Source of the DNA: the human T2T-CHM13v2.0 reference genome, Homo sapiens
Assembly: GCF_009914755.1 (NCBI RefSeq)
Contig: NC_060927.1
Strand: one strand, 5' to 3'
DNA: 64,000 nucleotides
The position numbers were made by a program, and so were the translations under genes. Positions 41,428-57,099 of this stretch are shown here, in pieces (positions within the stretch are counted from its first letter, which is position 1; each line of letters starts with the position of its first letter). Below the pieces are notes generated by a model. The model ran no database searches, was not told where the DNA came from, and saw nothing but the letters and a program-made list of their open reading frames with translations.

Positions 41428-42529
41428 TCACATCATGGAGCTGCGCTCTCTCAGAAAGGCCCTGACTCCAGTGCTCCTTCTTGTTCCAGGACAGGTGGTA
41501 AAGCTGTCTTGTCAGTGAGGAAAATTAGTATCTGGGGCTCTAGCATCTAATGATCTGAGCAGAGATGCCATTAGTTTAGGGGACCACCAGGAACATTAAC
41601 TGCCCTGCACTGGAAGACTTTGGGGACCCCTGGCATCATGAGAGGTTGAGTTTGGACTCTAGCTCCTCCTGCTGGCCCTACCTAACCTGCCCTTATGCAA
41701 CCCAGAAGGAGCTCTAGGGGCCATTCAATGGGTAATCCCACTTGGAGATTCTGTGACTGGGACCCTCAATCTAGTTACTTGGAAGGAACTGGAAAAGGGT
41801 GCGGGGTTTGTGAGCCAGGCTGATGGGAATGATGCACAGCTGCTCATTCTCATAGATTACTTAGTTTAGCCCCATGCCCTTGTTGCATGCCAAGAAGACA
41901 GCCGACACCTCCAGGGGCTGTTCTCCAGGCTGAGATTACTATGGCAGCTCAACAGAGGCCTAGGAAATACGGCTTTTGAAGTATTCAAAACTTAAAATCA
42001 AGCACCGCTGTGATTTATTCCCAGCCCTATCTTTTGCTAGATGTGTGCCCCTGGGCAAATTATTTCACTGCTCATGCCTCCATTTTCTCATGGGGAAATG
42101 GGGTTAAAATGGTTGTCCTCAGAGGATAGCAGGGGAATTTGATTGACAACAGTTTAGAGGAGAAAAAAGATTGTCAGTGCAACACAGTGTTCAAAAGTGA
42201 GTACTCCCAGTCACTGGATTTTTAAATATAGCGATAAAATTGATGTGGTTTGTATGCTTGATTTTCACCCTATTGAATGAAAGAACTAATACACTTTGAT
42301 TATCTCCAATGACTTGGTTATCATTTTATCTCATGTCCTATCTCATGTCCTACATACTATGCATAGAAACTGTAAAAACTAAACTAACTGAAAATACTCA
42401 CTTTTTGACCAATTTATAAAGTATATAAAAAAGAAAGAATAATCAGTTGAAATGAATCTCATTATTTTTTAAGTAGAGGCAAAAACACCAAAAACACCCT
42501 GAACTCCAAATTATTTCCTTTGTTGTTTA

Positions 42530-42950
42530 AAATGCTTTAACTGTTTATTTTAATATAAAATTAATGCAGGATTATTATAGAAAATAAAAAATTCAAACAA
42601 GCAAAGAGAAACACATGAAAAATATTCAGGTTTCTGCCTATCCAGAGGCAACTGCTATTAACACCATGCTGTATATCCTTCCAAGGTCTTTTCTATGCAT
42701 GTCTATAATAGTTGGTTTTTGTTTTTTACAAAGCAAGATTATACTATTTCTGAAGTTATGCAGCCAGCTCTTTTACCTGTTACAATATGAGCATATTTCC
42801 ATCTCAATAGATGGATTTTTGTAGTATCACTTTAAGGCCTACATTGTATTTTAGGCCTTCTGTTGCATTATGGGTGTACCATAATAAATTCATATGTTTA
42901 GCACTTGCGTCACTTACAATTATTTTTTTAATGTAAAAAGCACAGTGTAG
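42530..42950 (-). mobile_element. Old L1ME-like fragment
   Basis: CCAGAGGCAACTGCTATTAACA, GAGCATATTTCCAT and GGGTGTACCATAAT. Confidence 0.55.
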
Positions 42951-43757
42951 GCATAATTGATTTAAATGCATTTGAAGTTAGTTAAGATGTACTGGATGAA
43001 AAAACACAAAGATCTGAAAAACAGACAATGTACTTAACGTTCCTAAAATCTTTACAAAATTACTCTCTGGCGTTTGTGAAAATTACCAAAATCTGATTGA
43101 CGGTATTCATTTTGGACCACCTTGTTATTTTGACTGTTGTCATTGATTTGAACCAATTATTTGTTTAACCAAGCCCATTCATGTTGCTGCCTCATGAGGA
43201 ATATGGCAAATAATGCAGAGGAGGCATCTAGAGGGTCTCTAGCGTGGAGTAAGTGCTCCATCAATGCTAATCCCTTTCCTCCCTTTCTCTTCTCTTCCAA
43301 ATGAAAGAATGAGTCCACCACAAGTTTTGAGGACATCCTTTATAAATAGTGGGTTCACTGGGTTTCCCATGTGTCATTGTTTCATCACTCCTAGTGCCAC
43401 CAGCTTCCAGTAAGGCAGAATTGGGCCCTATGTCTTCTTAAAGAGCGGAGATGCTCAAGCTGTTCACTGGCTCATTCTTCAACAAACATTTACAGAGGTC
43501 CATGTGTGTCAGGCCCTGCACCAGGAGCTGGGGACATAAAGAAGTACTACAATGTGGCCCCTGCTTTCTAGGAGCCCAATGTCTAGGGGGATAAACCAAG
43601 TGCACAGAAAATCCATTACAGCGGAAGGTGTGCAAGCACAGAGCAAGGGCATCTGAGACAGCCTGGATCAGGGAGGCTCCATATAAAGGGGATAATTTGT
43701 GAGTGACTGGCTGGTGGCAGTCACTCAATCACACCTGTTCCCTGTATGTCACTGCAG

Positions 43758-43951
43758 GTCATCAATGCCATCGAGCAGGACTACCGGCTGCCCCCACCCA
43801 TGGACTGTCCAGCTGCTCTACACCAGCTCATGCTGGACTGTTGGCAGAAGGACCGGAACAGCCGGCCCCGGTTTGCGGAGATTGTCAACACCCTAGATAA
43901 GATGATCCGGAACCCGGCAAGTCTCAAGACTGTGGCAACCATCACCGCCGT
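43758..43951 (+). CDS. EPHB1: EPHB1 coding exon, kinase C-terminus (194 bp, phase 0/2)
   Basis: Acceptor actgcAG and donor GT|GTGAGT. Translates [64 protein letters not shown](V). Confidence 0.98.
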
Positions 43952-44777
43952 GTGAGTCTAGTGAAACGGTGATCCCTAAATATGGCTGGTTTCATGGTCA
44001 GGGGCATAGCCAGCAGCCTCTGACCATGATCATGTTCGAATTTTTTAAAGAGTATCTAGTTGCAGTGTGGGCCTTATGTTGAGGAGAGCAACATGCATGA
44101 AGAAAGCCAGGAGAACATTGCAATGATCATGATAGAGAAAATAGTGTCTTAAATCAGGATAATGGTTGTGGAAAAAAGTAAACGAGTTTTGGGGATTTGA
44201 GAGACAAAATCTTTATGACTTGGTGAAGGATTGGACATGGATATTGAGGGTGAGGGAGATGTCAAGATAGCACCCGGATTTCTGGTTTGGATACCTGGGT
44301 GTCTGCTTTGAAAATGTGCCAGAGAAGGTCGGCAATGGGTCTCACTGCTCCATTTTTTTTTTCAAATAGCTAAGGATGAAACTAGGAAAAACAATGTTAC
44401 CAATATATCTGGGGAGGTTGTGGTAAAATATGCATATTTTTAAAAGGACTACGTCTTTGAATGGTGAGGCTCCTAAATTTTGGTTTACAAAGGAGTTGGG
44501 AGCCTTCCGTTCCCTTCAGACTGAACGCTATGTCAACCTGTCTGTCTGGGTTAACTGAACTGTGACAGTGCCCAGAGGCAGAGACACTGGCCACCTGGAT
44601 GTAGAAGTCATGCTGATTTAGGATTCCATGAGGAAGAAAGGTTCAGCCCAGGGCTCCACTATAATCCTCATTCCATCAGGGATGCTGCCTTCCATGAAGT
44701 CAGCTGTCAGGCCAGACTGGGGCACTGTCCATGCATCTCTGCAATGTGTGGTCACCTGCCCATCTCTGTCTCACCAG

Positions 44778-44933
44778 GCCTTCCCAGCCCCTGCTCGACC
44801 GCTCCATCCCAGACTTCACGGCCTTTACCACCGTGGATGACTGGCTCAGCGCCATCAAAATGGTCCAGTACAGGGACAGCTTCCTCACTGCTGGCTTCAC
44901 CTCCCTCCAGCTGGTCACCCAGATGACATCAGA
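44778..44933 (+). CDS. EPHB1: EPHB1 coding exon, linker and N-terminal SAM domain (156 bp, phase 2/2)
   Basis: Acceptor tctcaccAG and donor GA|GTAAGT. Translates (V)[51 protein letters not shown](E). Confidence 0.98.
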
Positions 44934-45494
44934 GTAAGTGATGAGAATCTCTCTGTCCAGACCACACCTAGGGGTCAGTGCTCCTTCCCTGCTATTGCAG
45001 ATGGTGTGAGTCCTATTTCTGGCCTCATCCCTGGAGCTCCGTCTGTCTCTGTATAGACCAGGCCTGGACGGGGAGCACCTTGGAAAGATGAAGGGGGATG
45101 TGAGGGTGGGATGGGGAGGTGGAGATCCACTCTGGGACCCAAATGAGAGTTCTTCAAAGTTATAGCCATATGTCATTTGCCTAATCACCCAGAGTCTCTT
45201 CCCCGTTTAAGTTTTTAAACTCAACTCATCAAAGAGAGCATCCAGATGGAAAGAACACAGCCATCTAGTACTTTAAATAACATAGCAGGAAAAGCATTGC
45301 ACTGATTCAGCAACAGTCTGAGATATGTGGGGAGCTTGTCCTTATACTTAGATAGCAGTTGTCAACAAGCATGCATTTCCATCCCCCACAATTATTTACC
45401 AGTCTGTGGCTCCCTCAGGAGTTTGGAGGAATACACAAAATAAAATTATTCAAATAAGACGAGAGCCAGAAAGAGTTTTAAAGATCCATGTGGT

Positions 45495-46066
45495 CCAGCA
45501 TTTCCCCCAAGAATGTTCTGAGAAGCACCAGTTGTGGGAAATGTTAATAGGTTCTCCTTGGAAAAAAGGTCCCACTGTCAAATAAATTTGGGAAATATTG
45601 TGTACTTTATCACCCTCTTGGAGATTCACTGCTCATATTAGCATTATAAAGGCCATGAGAAATCCTGAAATAAAGGAACCCATTTAAAATTATTAAATAC
45701 CATAGAACCATATTTTTGAGGGGCAGGGTTTTATAGAACTGTAGTCTGGGAAATATTTATCTGGTTCCACCCCTTCCATTCAGCAGATTCTGAAATTACA
45801 TGACATTGGTCCTCACAGGTGGCAAAGCTGGGACACAAGCCTGCTTTTCTGGCTGCCAGTTCAATATTCTGCTACCTGTCCACCCCAGGGCCTCAGTGGT
45901 TCCCAGGCTTTGCTGCACACTGGAATCACCTGAGGGCCTTTAAAAAATATTGATGCCTGGTTCTCACTCCCATACCTTCTGATTAGTTGTGGTAAGATCT
46001 GAGCATAAGGGGTTTTTAAAGCTCCTCAGGTGATTCTAATGTGCAGCAAAGTTTGGGAACCACTGG
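45495..46066. mobile_element. hAT-Charlie-type fragment and MER5-like MITE
   Basis: CAGCATTTCCC..AAATAAATTTGGGAAA (Charlie-like). CAGTGGTTCCCA..GAATCACCTG..CAGGTGATTCTAATGTGCAGC..GGAACCACTG at ~45895-46066. Confidence 0.65.
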
Positions 46067-47379
46067 ATTAAGGTTGGTAAGGGTAAAATTTCACCTTCTA
46101 CACTCACAGAAGCTCAGATAATCCTACCTTGGAAATTAACTCTACCCTTCAAACACACACACATACACACACACCGGGGGGACTTCATGGGCTCCGTGGG
46201 CTACAACATGTACCGATAGCACATATTGTGGGATCTGGCAGCCTGTAGTACACATTTCTTATGGTAGAAGATTCATTCATCCATCAGTCTGCGAACACGT
46301 ATTGATCACCTGTTATACAATGGGCACAGTGCAAGGTGCTGGGATTCCCTCCTTGCAGCTGGGACAAACCGGTTGCTGAGTCCCAGGAAAGAGCAGTAGT
46401 GATCCACCCCTATAGCTGAGCCCCCAGGGACAGCTTCCTGACATTCCAACAGTTTTCCTGCCAATATTCCTGGAGTCCAGCTCTACCTCTCTGAGGTCTA
46501 TTTTTTTTTTTTTTCAGAAATGATGGAGCCACCACTTTCTCCAGGGAGATGGTTTGAATGTGTGTCTAGCTTTCGATCCACTGAACATCAGAATACATTT
46601 CTTAAAAACTAGATTCATTTCCTGGTGATGCCAAAAAAAGATGGTTCCTTCCATTAAGAATGACTGTCAAATAGACAGCAAAAATAAACAAATAGAAAAG
46701 AAGCACTTACCAGTGGGAAACCAGCTTCCTCATCTTTTAGAGTGAAAAATTGATGCCCCTAGATAATCAGAGGGACTGAGTTCAGGGATAGAAATGGGTG
46801 TTTATGAAGACTGGCTACTCCCATTTTCCCACTGTGATTTGACTGCCTATGGGGGCCATTGTCACGTAATCCCCCAGGATCTAAAAGAATTCTCTTAGTC
46901 TGAGAATAATCAATGACAAAGATAAGGGGAAGACCAAAAGGAAAGTGAAACTATAAATTAAGGGATTTCATTCAAAGTAAAACATGTCCACACACTATTA
47001 GAGCAATTTGATTTGTTTCTTGAGAGGTAAAAGATGGAAAAAGAAACTGAGCAACTTAATAAAATAGATTGTGGGACAATCTGTGAATTCAAAATTCAAG
47101 CATGCTTCCCTAAAGTATTTGCCAAAAAGACATGAACACTTTGAGCATCTCAACCAGCAGCATCCCTTGGGAGACTGACTACCAGCTGAAAAGGGCATGG
47201 TGTGGGAGAGCCAAGGCATTGTGGACAGAGATCCAGCCAAGCGTTCACCAGGGTGTGATGTGCAGTGTACAAAGCAATCAGCTGTGCTGGGTTCAGGGGG
47301 CTTTAGAGGAAATACAGTCAGGACCTTGGAAGAGTTCTGCCAGCATCCCTGCATGGGTGCTGAGAACCAACTTCTCTTG

Positions 47380-47605
47380 TATTTGAACACTAGCTCCACC
47401 ACTGCTTACCTACTGTGTGACCTTGAGCACATTACTTAATTTCTCTGAGCCCTACTTGCCTTGTTTATAAATAATTTATAAATTATTATAAATAATAATG
47501 CCCATCTCATTAGTGTTTGTGATGGGAGGTTAATGGAATGGCACATGCAAAGTACTTGATCCATTATCTACCCATAGCATGCACACAAAAAAATTGTTAC
47601 TGTTA
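47380..47605 (+). mobile_element. MIR
   Basis: CTGTGTGACCTTGAGCACATTACTTAATTTCTCTGAGCC. Confidence 0.75.
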
Positions 47606-47882
47606 AATTTTTTTTTCTGTCCATAGCTTAATTTTATTTTATTTTTATTTTTTAATATTTTTTATTTATTTTTTATTATTATACTTTAAGTTTTAGGGTA
47701 CATGTGCACATTGTGCAGGTTAGTTACATATGTATACATGTGCCATGCTGGTGCGCTGCACCCACTAACTCGTCATCTAGCATTAGGTATATCTCCCAAT
47801 GCTATCCCTCCCCCCTCCCCCCACCCCACAACAGTCCCCAGAGTGTGATGTTCCCCTTCCTGTGTCCATGTGATCTCATTGT

Positions 47883-51713
<3,831 letters not shown>

Positions 51714-51776
51714 TATGATGTTAGCTGGTTATTTTGCTTGTTAGTTGATGCAGTTTCTTCCTAGTCTCAATGGTCT

Positions 51777-52791
51777 TTACATTTTGGCATGATTTTGCAG
51801 CAGCTGGTACTGGTTGTTCCTTTCCATATTTAGCGCTTCCTTCAGGAGCTCTTGTAGGGCAGGTCTGGTGGTGACAAAATCTCTCAGCATTTGCTTGTCT
51901 GTAAAGTATTTTATTTCTCCTTCCCTTATGAAGCTTAGTTTGGCTGGATATGAAATTCTGGGTTGAAAATTCTTTTCTTTAAGAATGTTGAATATTGGCC
52001 CCCACTCTCTTCTGACTTGTAGGGTTTCTGCCGAGAGATCTGCTGTTAGTCTGATGGGCTTCCCTTTGAGGGTAACCCGACCTTTCTCTCTGGCTGCCCT
52101 TAACATTTTTTCCTGCATTTCAACTTTGGTGAATCTGACAATTATGTCTTGGAGTTGCTCTTCTCGAGGAGTATCTTTGTGGCGTTCTCTGTATTTCCTG
52201 AATCTGAACGTTGGCCTGCCTTGCCAGATTGGGGAAGTTCTCCTGGATAATATCCTGCAGCGTGTTTTCCAACTTGGTTCCATTCTCCCCATCACTTTCA
52301 GGTACACCAATCAGACGTAGATTTGGTCTTTTCACATAGTCCCATATTTCTTGGAGGCTTTGCTCATTTCTTTTTATTCTTTTTTCTCTAAACTTCCCTT
52401 CTCGCTTCATTTCATTCATTTCATCTTCCATTGCTGATACCCTTTCTTCCAGTTGATCGCATTGGCTCCTGAGGCTTCTGCATTCTTCACGTAGTTCTCG
52501 AGCCTTGGTTTTCAGCTCCATCAGCTCCTTTAAGCACTTCTCTGTATTGGTGATTCTAGTTATACATTCTTCTAAATTTTTTTCAAAGGTTTCAACTTCT
52601 TTGCCTTTGGTTTGAATGTCCTCCCGTAGCTCAGAGTAATTTGATCGTCTGAAGCCTTCTTCTCTCAACTCGTCAAAGTCATTCTCCATCCAGCTTTGTT
52701 CCGTTGCTGGTGAGGAACTGCGTTCCTTTGGAGGAGGAGAGGCGCTCTGCTTTTTAAAGTTTCCACCTTTTCTGTTCTGTTTTTTCCCCAT
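51777..52791 (-). pseudogene. L1 ORF1, frameshifted
   Basis: Starts MGKKQNRK... and ends ...QNHAKM*. The frame breaks near 52147 (CCAAGACATAATTGTC, 2 nt shorter than the consensus CCAAGACACATAATTGTC). Confidence 0.95.
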
Positions 52792-53689
52792 CTTTGTGGT
52801 TTTATCTACTTTTGGTCTTTGATGATGGTGATGTACAGATGGGTTTTTGGTGTGGATGTCCTTTCTGTTTGTTAGTTTTCCTTCTAACAGACAGGACCCT
52901 CAGCTGCAGGTCTGTTGGAGTACCCTGCCATGTGAGGTGTCAGTGTGCCCCTGCTGGGGGGTGCCTCCCAGTTAGGTTGCTGGGGGGGTCAGGGGTCAGG
53001 GACCCACTTGAGGAGGCAGTCTGCCCGTTCTCAGATCTCCAGCTGCGTGCTGGGAGAACCACTGCTCTCTTCAAAGCTGTCAGACAGGGACATTTAAGTC
53101 TGCAGAGGTTACTGCTGTCTTTTTGTTTGTCTGTGCCCTGCCCCCAGAGGTGGAGCCTACAGAGGCAGGCAGGCCTCCTTGAGCTGTAGTGGGCTCCACC
53201 CAGTTCGAGCTTCCAGGCTGCTTTGTTTACCTAAGCAAGCCTGGGCAATGGTGGGCGCCCCTCCCCCAGCCTGGCTGCTGCCTTGCAGTTTGATCTCAGA
53301 CTGCTGTGCTAGCAATCAGGGAGACTCCGTGGGCATAGGACCCTCCGAGCCAGGTGTGGGATATAATCTCGTGGTGCGCCGTGTTTTAAGCCTGTCGGAA
53401 AAGTGCAGTATTCGGGTGGGAGTGACCCGATTTTCCAGGTGCCGTCCATCACCCTTTTCTTTGACTAGGAAAGGGAACTCCCTGACCCCTTGCGCTTCCC
53501 AAGTGAGGCAATGCCTCACCCTGCTTCGGCTCGTGCACGCACCCACTGACCTGCACCCACTGTCTGGCACTCCCTAGTGAGATGAACCCGGTACCTCAGA
53601 TGGAAATGCAGAAATCACCTGTCTTCTGCGTCGCTCACGCTGGGAGCTGTAGACTGGAGCTGTTCCTATTCGGCCATCTTGGCTCCTCC
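52792..53689. promoter_or_regulatory. L1 5'UTR with sense promoter (- strand) and antisense promoter (+ strand, facing the EPHB1 last exon)
   Basis: Established L1 5'UTR architecture. The element is full length and keeps some CpGs and the YY1 site. Confidence 0.7.
53248..53577 (+). CDS. L1 antisense ORF0 (open, 109 aa)
   Basis: ATG in GCAATGG Kozak context. MVGAPPPAWLLPCSLISDCCASNQGDSVGIGPSEPGVGY...VTRFSR resembles primate L1 ORF0. Donors CCAG|GTGTGG (after 53353) and CCAG|GTGCCG (after 53438) are present. Translation is not shown. Confidence 0.6.
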   Translation: MVGAPPPAWLLPCSLISDCCASNQGDSVGIGPSEPGVGYNLVVRRVLSLSEKCSIRVGVTRFSRCRPSPFSLTRKGNSLTPCASQVRQCLTLLRLVHAPTDLHPLSGTP

Positions 53690-54470
53690 AATCACTGTTA
53701 ATTAAATTTTTATCATCATTGTGTTTGCAGTGGTTTCTCTATTTTTATGAAATGCTTTCACATAGGTTTAAATGAGATAGCGTATGGCACGTGGGATGCA
53801 TTCAAGCAGTGTTATGTATTATTATTAACCTAGGAAGAATGCATGGGTCTAGCACAGGTCAACTATAAGCCATGAACTTGTTCTTATTAATCCAATTCAG
53901 TGCTCTATCCTGGACATATTCCTTGGGTTCCTGATTGGGCAGATATTTTAGTTATTTTGAGCCCACTCTTCTTAAAAATGCATACATTAAAATTCACATG
54001 GAGGCAGCAAATGGAAACTCAGGGGAAAACATCAGAAGACCAGGTGAGCCCCACATCTTTTCAGTCTCAGTGGGTGATCACTAATTTAGGCAGAAAACTC
54101 CACAGAATAACTGAAGCCCCGTATAGTGTGCACTTGGAGTGTTAAAAAATAGCAGAGGAAAATTCCAGTCCATCTGAGGGTCAGGAGACAATGAAGGGGC
54201 TGCCTTAGAGCCCGTACATAAGGAACACACCCCTGGAACAAGGCACAGCACTCCCAGGATTGCCTAAGCTGGAGGAAGCATTAGAGAAGAAGGAGAAAGT
54301 GAGCAGGAAAATCTCTAATTGGAAGTTTGCCAAAAATTTGGGTAAACTTAAGCTAGTTGGATTTTTGTAGCATGGCTACTTCCCAAGAACATGGCTTTAG
54401 TGATGAGTTTTGATCTGCGAAAAGCTAACCTAACACTAAAGTGACTTCTTTTCTGGCTCTTTCCTCCTAG

Positions 54471-54579
54471 AGACCTCCTGAGAATAGGCATCACCTTGGC
54501 AGGCCATCAGAAGAAGATCCTGAACAGCATTCATTCTATGAGGGTCCAGATAAGTCAGTCACCAACGGCAATGGCATGA
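54471..54579 (+). CDS. EPHB1: EPHB1 terminal coding exon, C-terminal SAM domain and stop
   Basis: Acceptor ctctttcctcctAG, phase 2. Translates (E)[35 protein letters not shown], with TGA at 54577-54579. Confidence 0.98.
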
Positions 54580-55925
54580 GAACTCTTGTTTCTTGGGGAA
54601 GGAGAGGAGGGAAAAGGACCAGGGTCAAGGGGGACCAGAGGTTGACCACTGTGGAATGTACTGGAGAGACTGGCTTCTCAGCTGAGGAATGCATTTCCAT
54701 CAGTGAAGAATCAACCGGACCTGTTGCTAGCAGGCAATCTCCATTTCTCAGTGACAGAAGCATGTTTGAGATGCCGTGGGAAACCAAATATATAATAATA
54801 AAAATATAAAAAGGTGATGTTCAACAGAAGTGAAGACAAAACAATATGCATCGGGAGAACAAGAGTAAACCCAGCTCCCACTCTCAGTGGGCTGCAGTTG
54901 CCCAACCACAGGAAGAAAGGGAAGGAGGTAGAGGGAAGAAACAGAAGCAGTGTTCCATTTTCTTCCTCACCAATGACATTCTTTTCTTTTCTCCTTTCGT
55001 ACTCCTCCCTGAGAGTCCCCTCCCTTCTCCCACACTCGTTTCCCTTTGCTCATGACTCCTGTAGGGAAGTTTCTTCAAACAAAACCCAGCTCCTGAGTCT
55101 CCAGATGTTGTTCTGTCAGTTGCCAAAGGACTTTGCTGACCACTGCATGGGGATCCAACCAATTCAATTAATGTCTTCATATTGAAGAAGAGATGTACCT
55201 TCAATTGAAAACCTCGTTTTTCTTTTGTTTGCATTTTCTGCAAAAAGGAAAAAGAAACCACAAATTGGGGAAAAAAAAAGAAGAAAAACCTGTTTCCGTG
55301 TGCAAAAGCACACATATGTATGTCTGTGTTATAAAATGACTGTGCTTGTTCGTAACAGATGCAAACAAGAAAGAAGAACTGGGAAGTCTTTGTCCCTAGG
55401 AAATCCAAAGGGGCTGGAATATGGTGTTGGTTTGGCTTTCTGGTTGGCCCAATCGGCCTATTGGCTCAATGGGAAGAGAGGAGAGGGAGAAAAATAAAAT
55501 GAAAGGAAAAAAAAAAAGTTTGCAAATTCAGACAGGAAACAGGTGAGTGGTTTGAATTGGATGCAGTGTGGGCCATCCTGGAATGATACTGACTGATTAA
55601 TTATTCCTGATAACATCTCAAGAAAAGGAGAAGGAAAGTGTTTCTGGAGAATGTTCTTTCACATCACTGGAATCTGCAATTCAAGAAGTGACAAGGGAGA
55701 ATTCTTGCTTTACCTATGGACTGGCTTAAGCCGTGTGGCATCCGAGGAATGTTTCAAATGTGTCTGTGTTTCTCTTTACATTCCTTATTGTACCTCATTG
55801 TTCAATTCACTTTTGTAAATTCCACCTAACATTTAATTATTTTAAATTTCTCCTTTTACCTTAATCTCCTTGCTAATTTTATCTGTCTAATTAAAAAGAG
55901 CAGAAGCATGTCTGGGTTTACGTAA
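54580..55925 (+). other. EPHB1: EPHB1 3'UTR (3' end approximate)
   Basis: Repeat-free sequence after the stop codon. Candidate poly(A) signals: AATAAA 55493, ATTAAA 55890 (U-rich upstream, GU-rich downstream), AATAAA 56109 and 56138. Confidence 0.75.
55890..55895 (+). terminator. Likely major polyadenylation signal (ATTAAA)
   Basis: Upstream U-rich tract with TGTA motifs (~55789, ~55814) and downstream GTGTCAGAGTGTGT GU-rich element. Confidence 0.55.
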
Positions 55926-57099
55926 AATGGTGTCAGAGTGTGTATCCCTGGATCCCAGAGGGTTGTCCCCAAATTTCAGGAGAATCCTTAACAACTGTCC
56001 TTCTTCTTTCTAATGTGGGAGGGAGGGAACACATCCTTGACCCCATGAATGCCAAGAAGCAGAATGTAGTAAACTCTCTGGCACTGACGTGATCCAAAGG
56101 AAAAACTGAATAAATAAGGCTTAAGAAGTCGCTGGCAAATAAACATAAACAATCACCATGAATACACTATCAACCCTGATTTTAGTTTACGCACTGCATT
56201 TGAGAAGTCCACATCCAGGCCAATTTTGTAAATGTAGACTGCTTGCTGTGGTTTATCTATGAACATGCAGTTGGGAGTGAAGAGATATGAGGCAGTGAAA
56301 GGTGTTATGGTTGCCAAGTAGCTCATTTAATACATGCTTACACTGATAATAGCCTTTTCCCCTAGTCATTGTTAACTTTGATATGGGGTGGTTCTTACCT
56401 TCTAAAATCACCGGCCAAGATTCCCCGAACAATTAACCCCTTCAAAGTGGTCCACAAGCCTGGGGGTACAGCATTAATTCAGTGGAGCTCATCTTAAATC
56501 ACCATCCATGGCTGAACCCCTGGAGAATGGAAGTGGATGGACAGAACTCCTCTCAGCAAGTTTGCCTGAGGCTGCAAAGGACCCCAATCCAACCATGAAG
56601 GTAGAAGAGAAAATTTCCCTTTATTAATTGCTTACCAATTCCATGCACAATTTACTAATTACCCCAAAGACCCCGATCCATGAGTATCATACAAGTCTAG
56701 GCAATTTGGCTAATCTATTCTCAATTTTCCACAGGAATGAATTTTAATCTGTCACTAAAGTCCTCTGGCAGAATCTTTAACCCCGAATTCTCACTACCGC
56801 CTCCACCAATGCCAACTCATCTTCTGGTTGTGGACAAAGCAGGGTCAAGGTGAAAGTCCTGTTAAACCCTTTGGCTTGGTTTCACCATAGATCCCAGAAT
56901 GGAGACAGCAAGAATCCAAAGTGCACAAGAGGAAAGCATGAGGGGTCAGCAGAGCCAAGGCCAGGGTGCCTTGAGGCACAGTTTTCAGTGAGGTGGGCAC
57001 GACCAAGATCTGGACACCCCCAACCCCCACAGATGCCCTGCACAAGGCCCCACCCCTACACCCGGGATGAACTACAGGAACACATGAAGCATGAAGGGA

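Noticed and set aside
44700-45188. 162-aa ORF antisense to an EPHB1 exon (also the 174-aa ORF 54884-55408 antisense to the 3'UTR)
   Set aside because: These are antisense shadows of coding or low-complexity sequence with no independent support.
54550-54579. C-terminus ...PTAMA* lacks the -V-x-V PDZ motif seen in EphB2/B3
   Set aside because: It matches the normal human EphB1 terminus as I recall it, so it is not a mutation or novel isoform.
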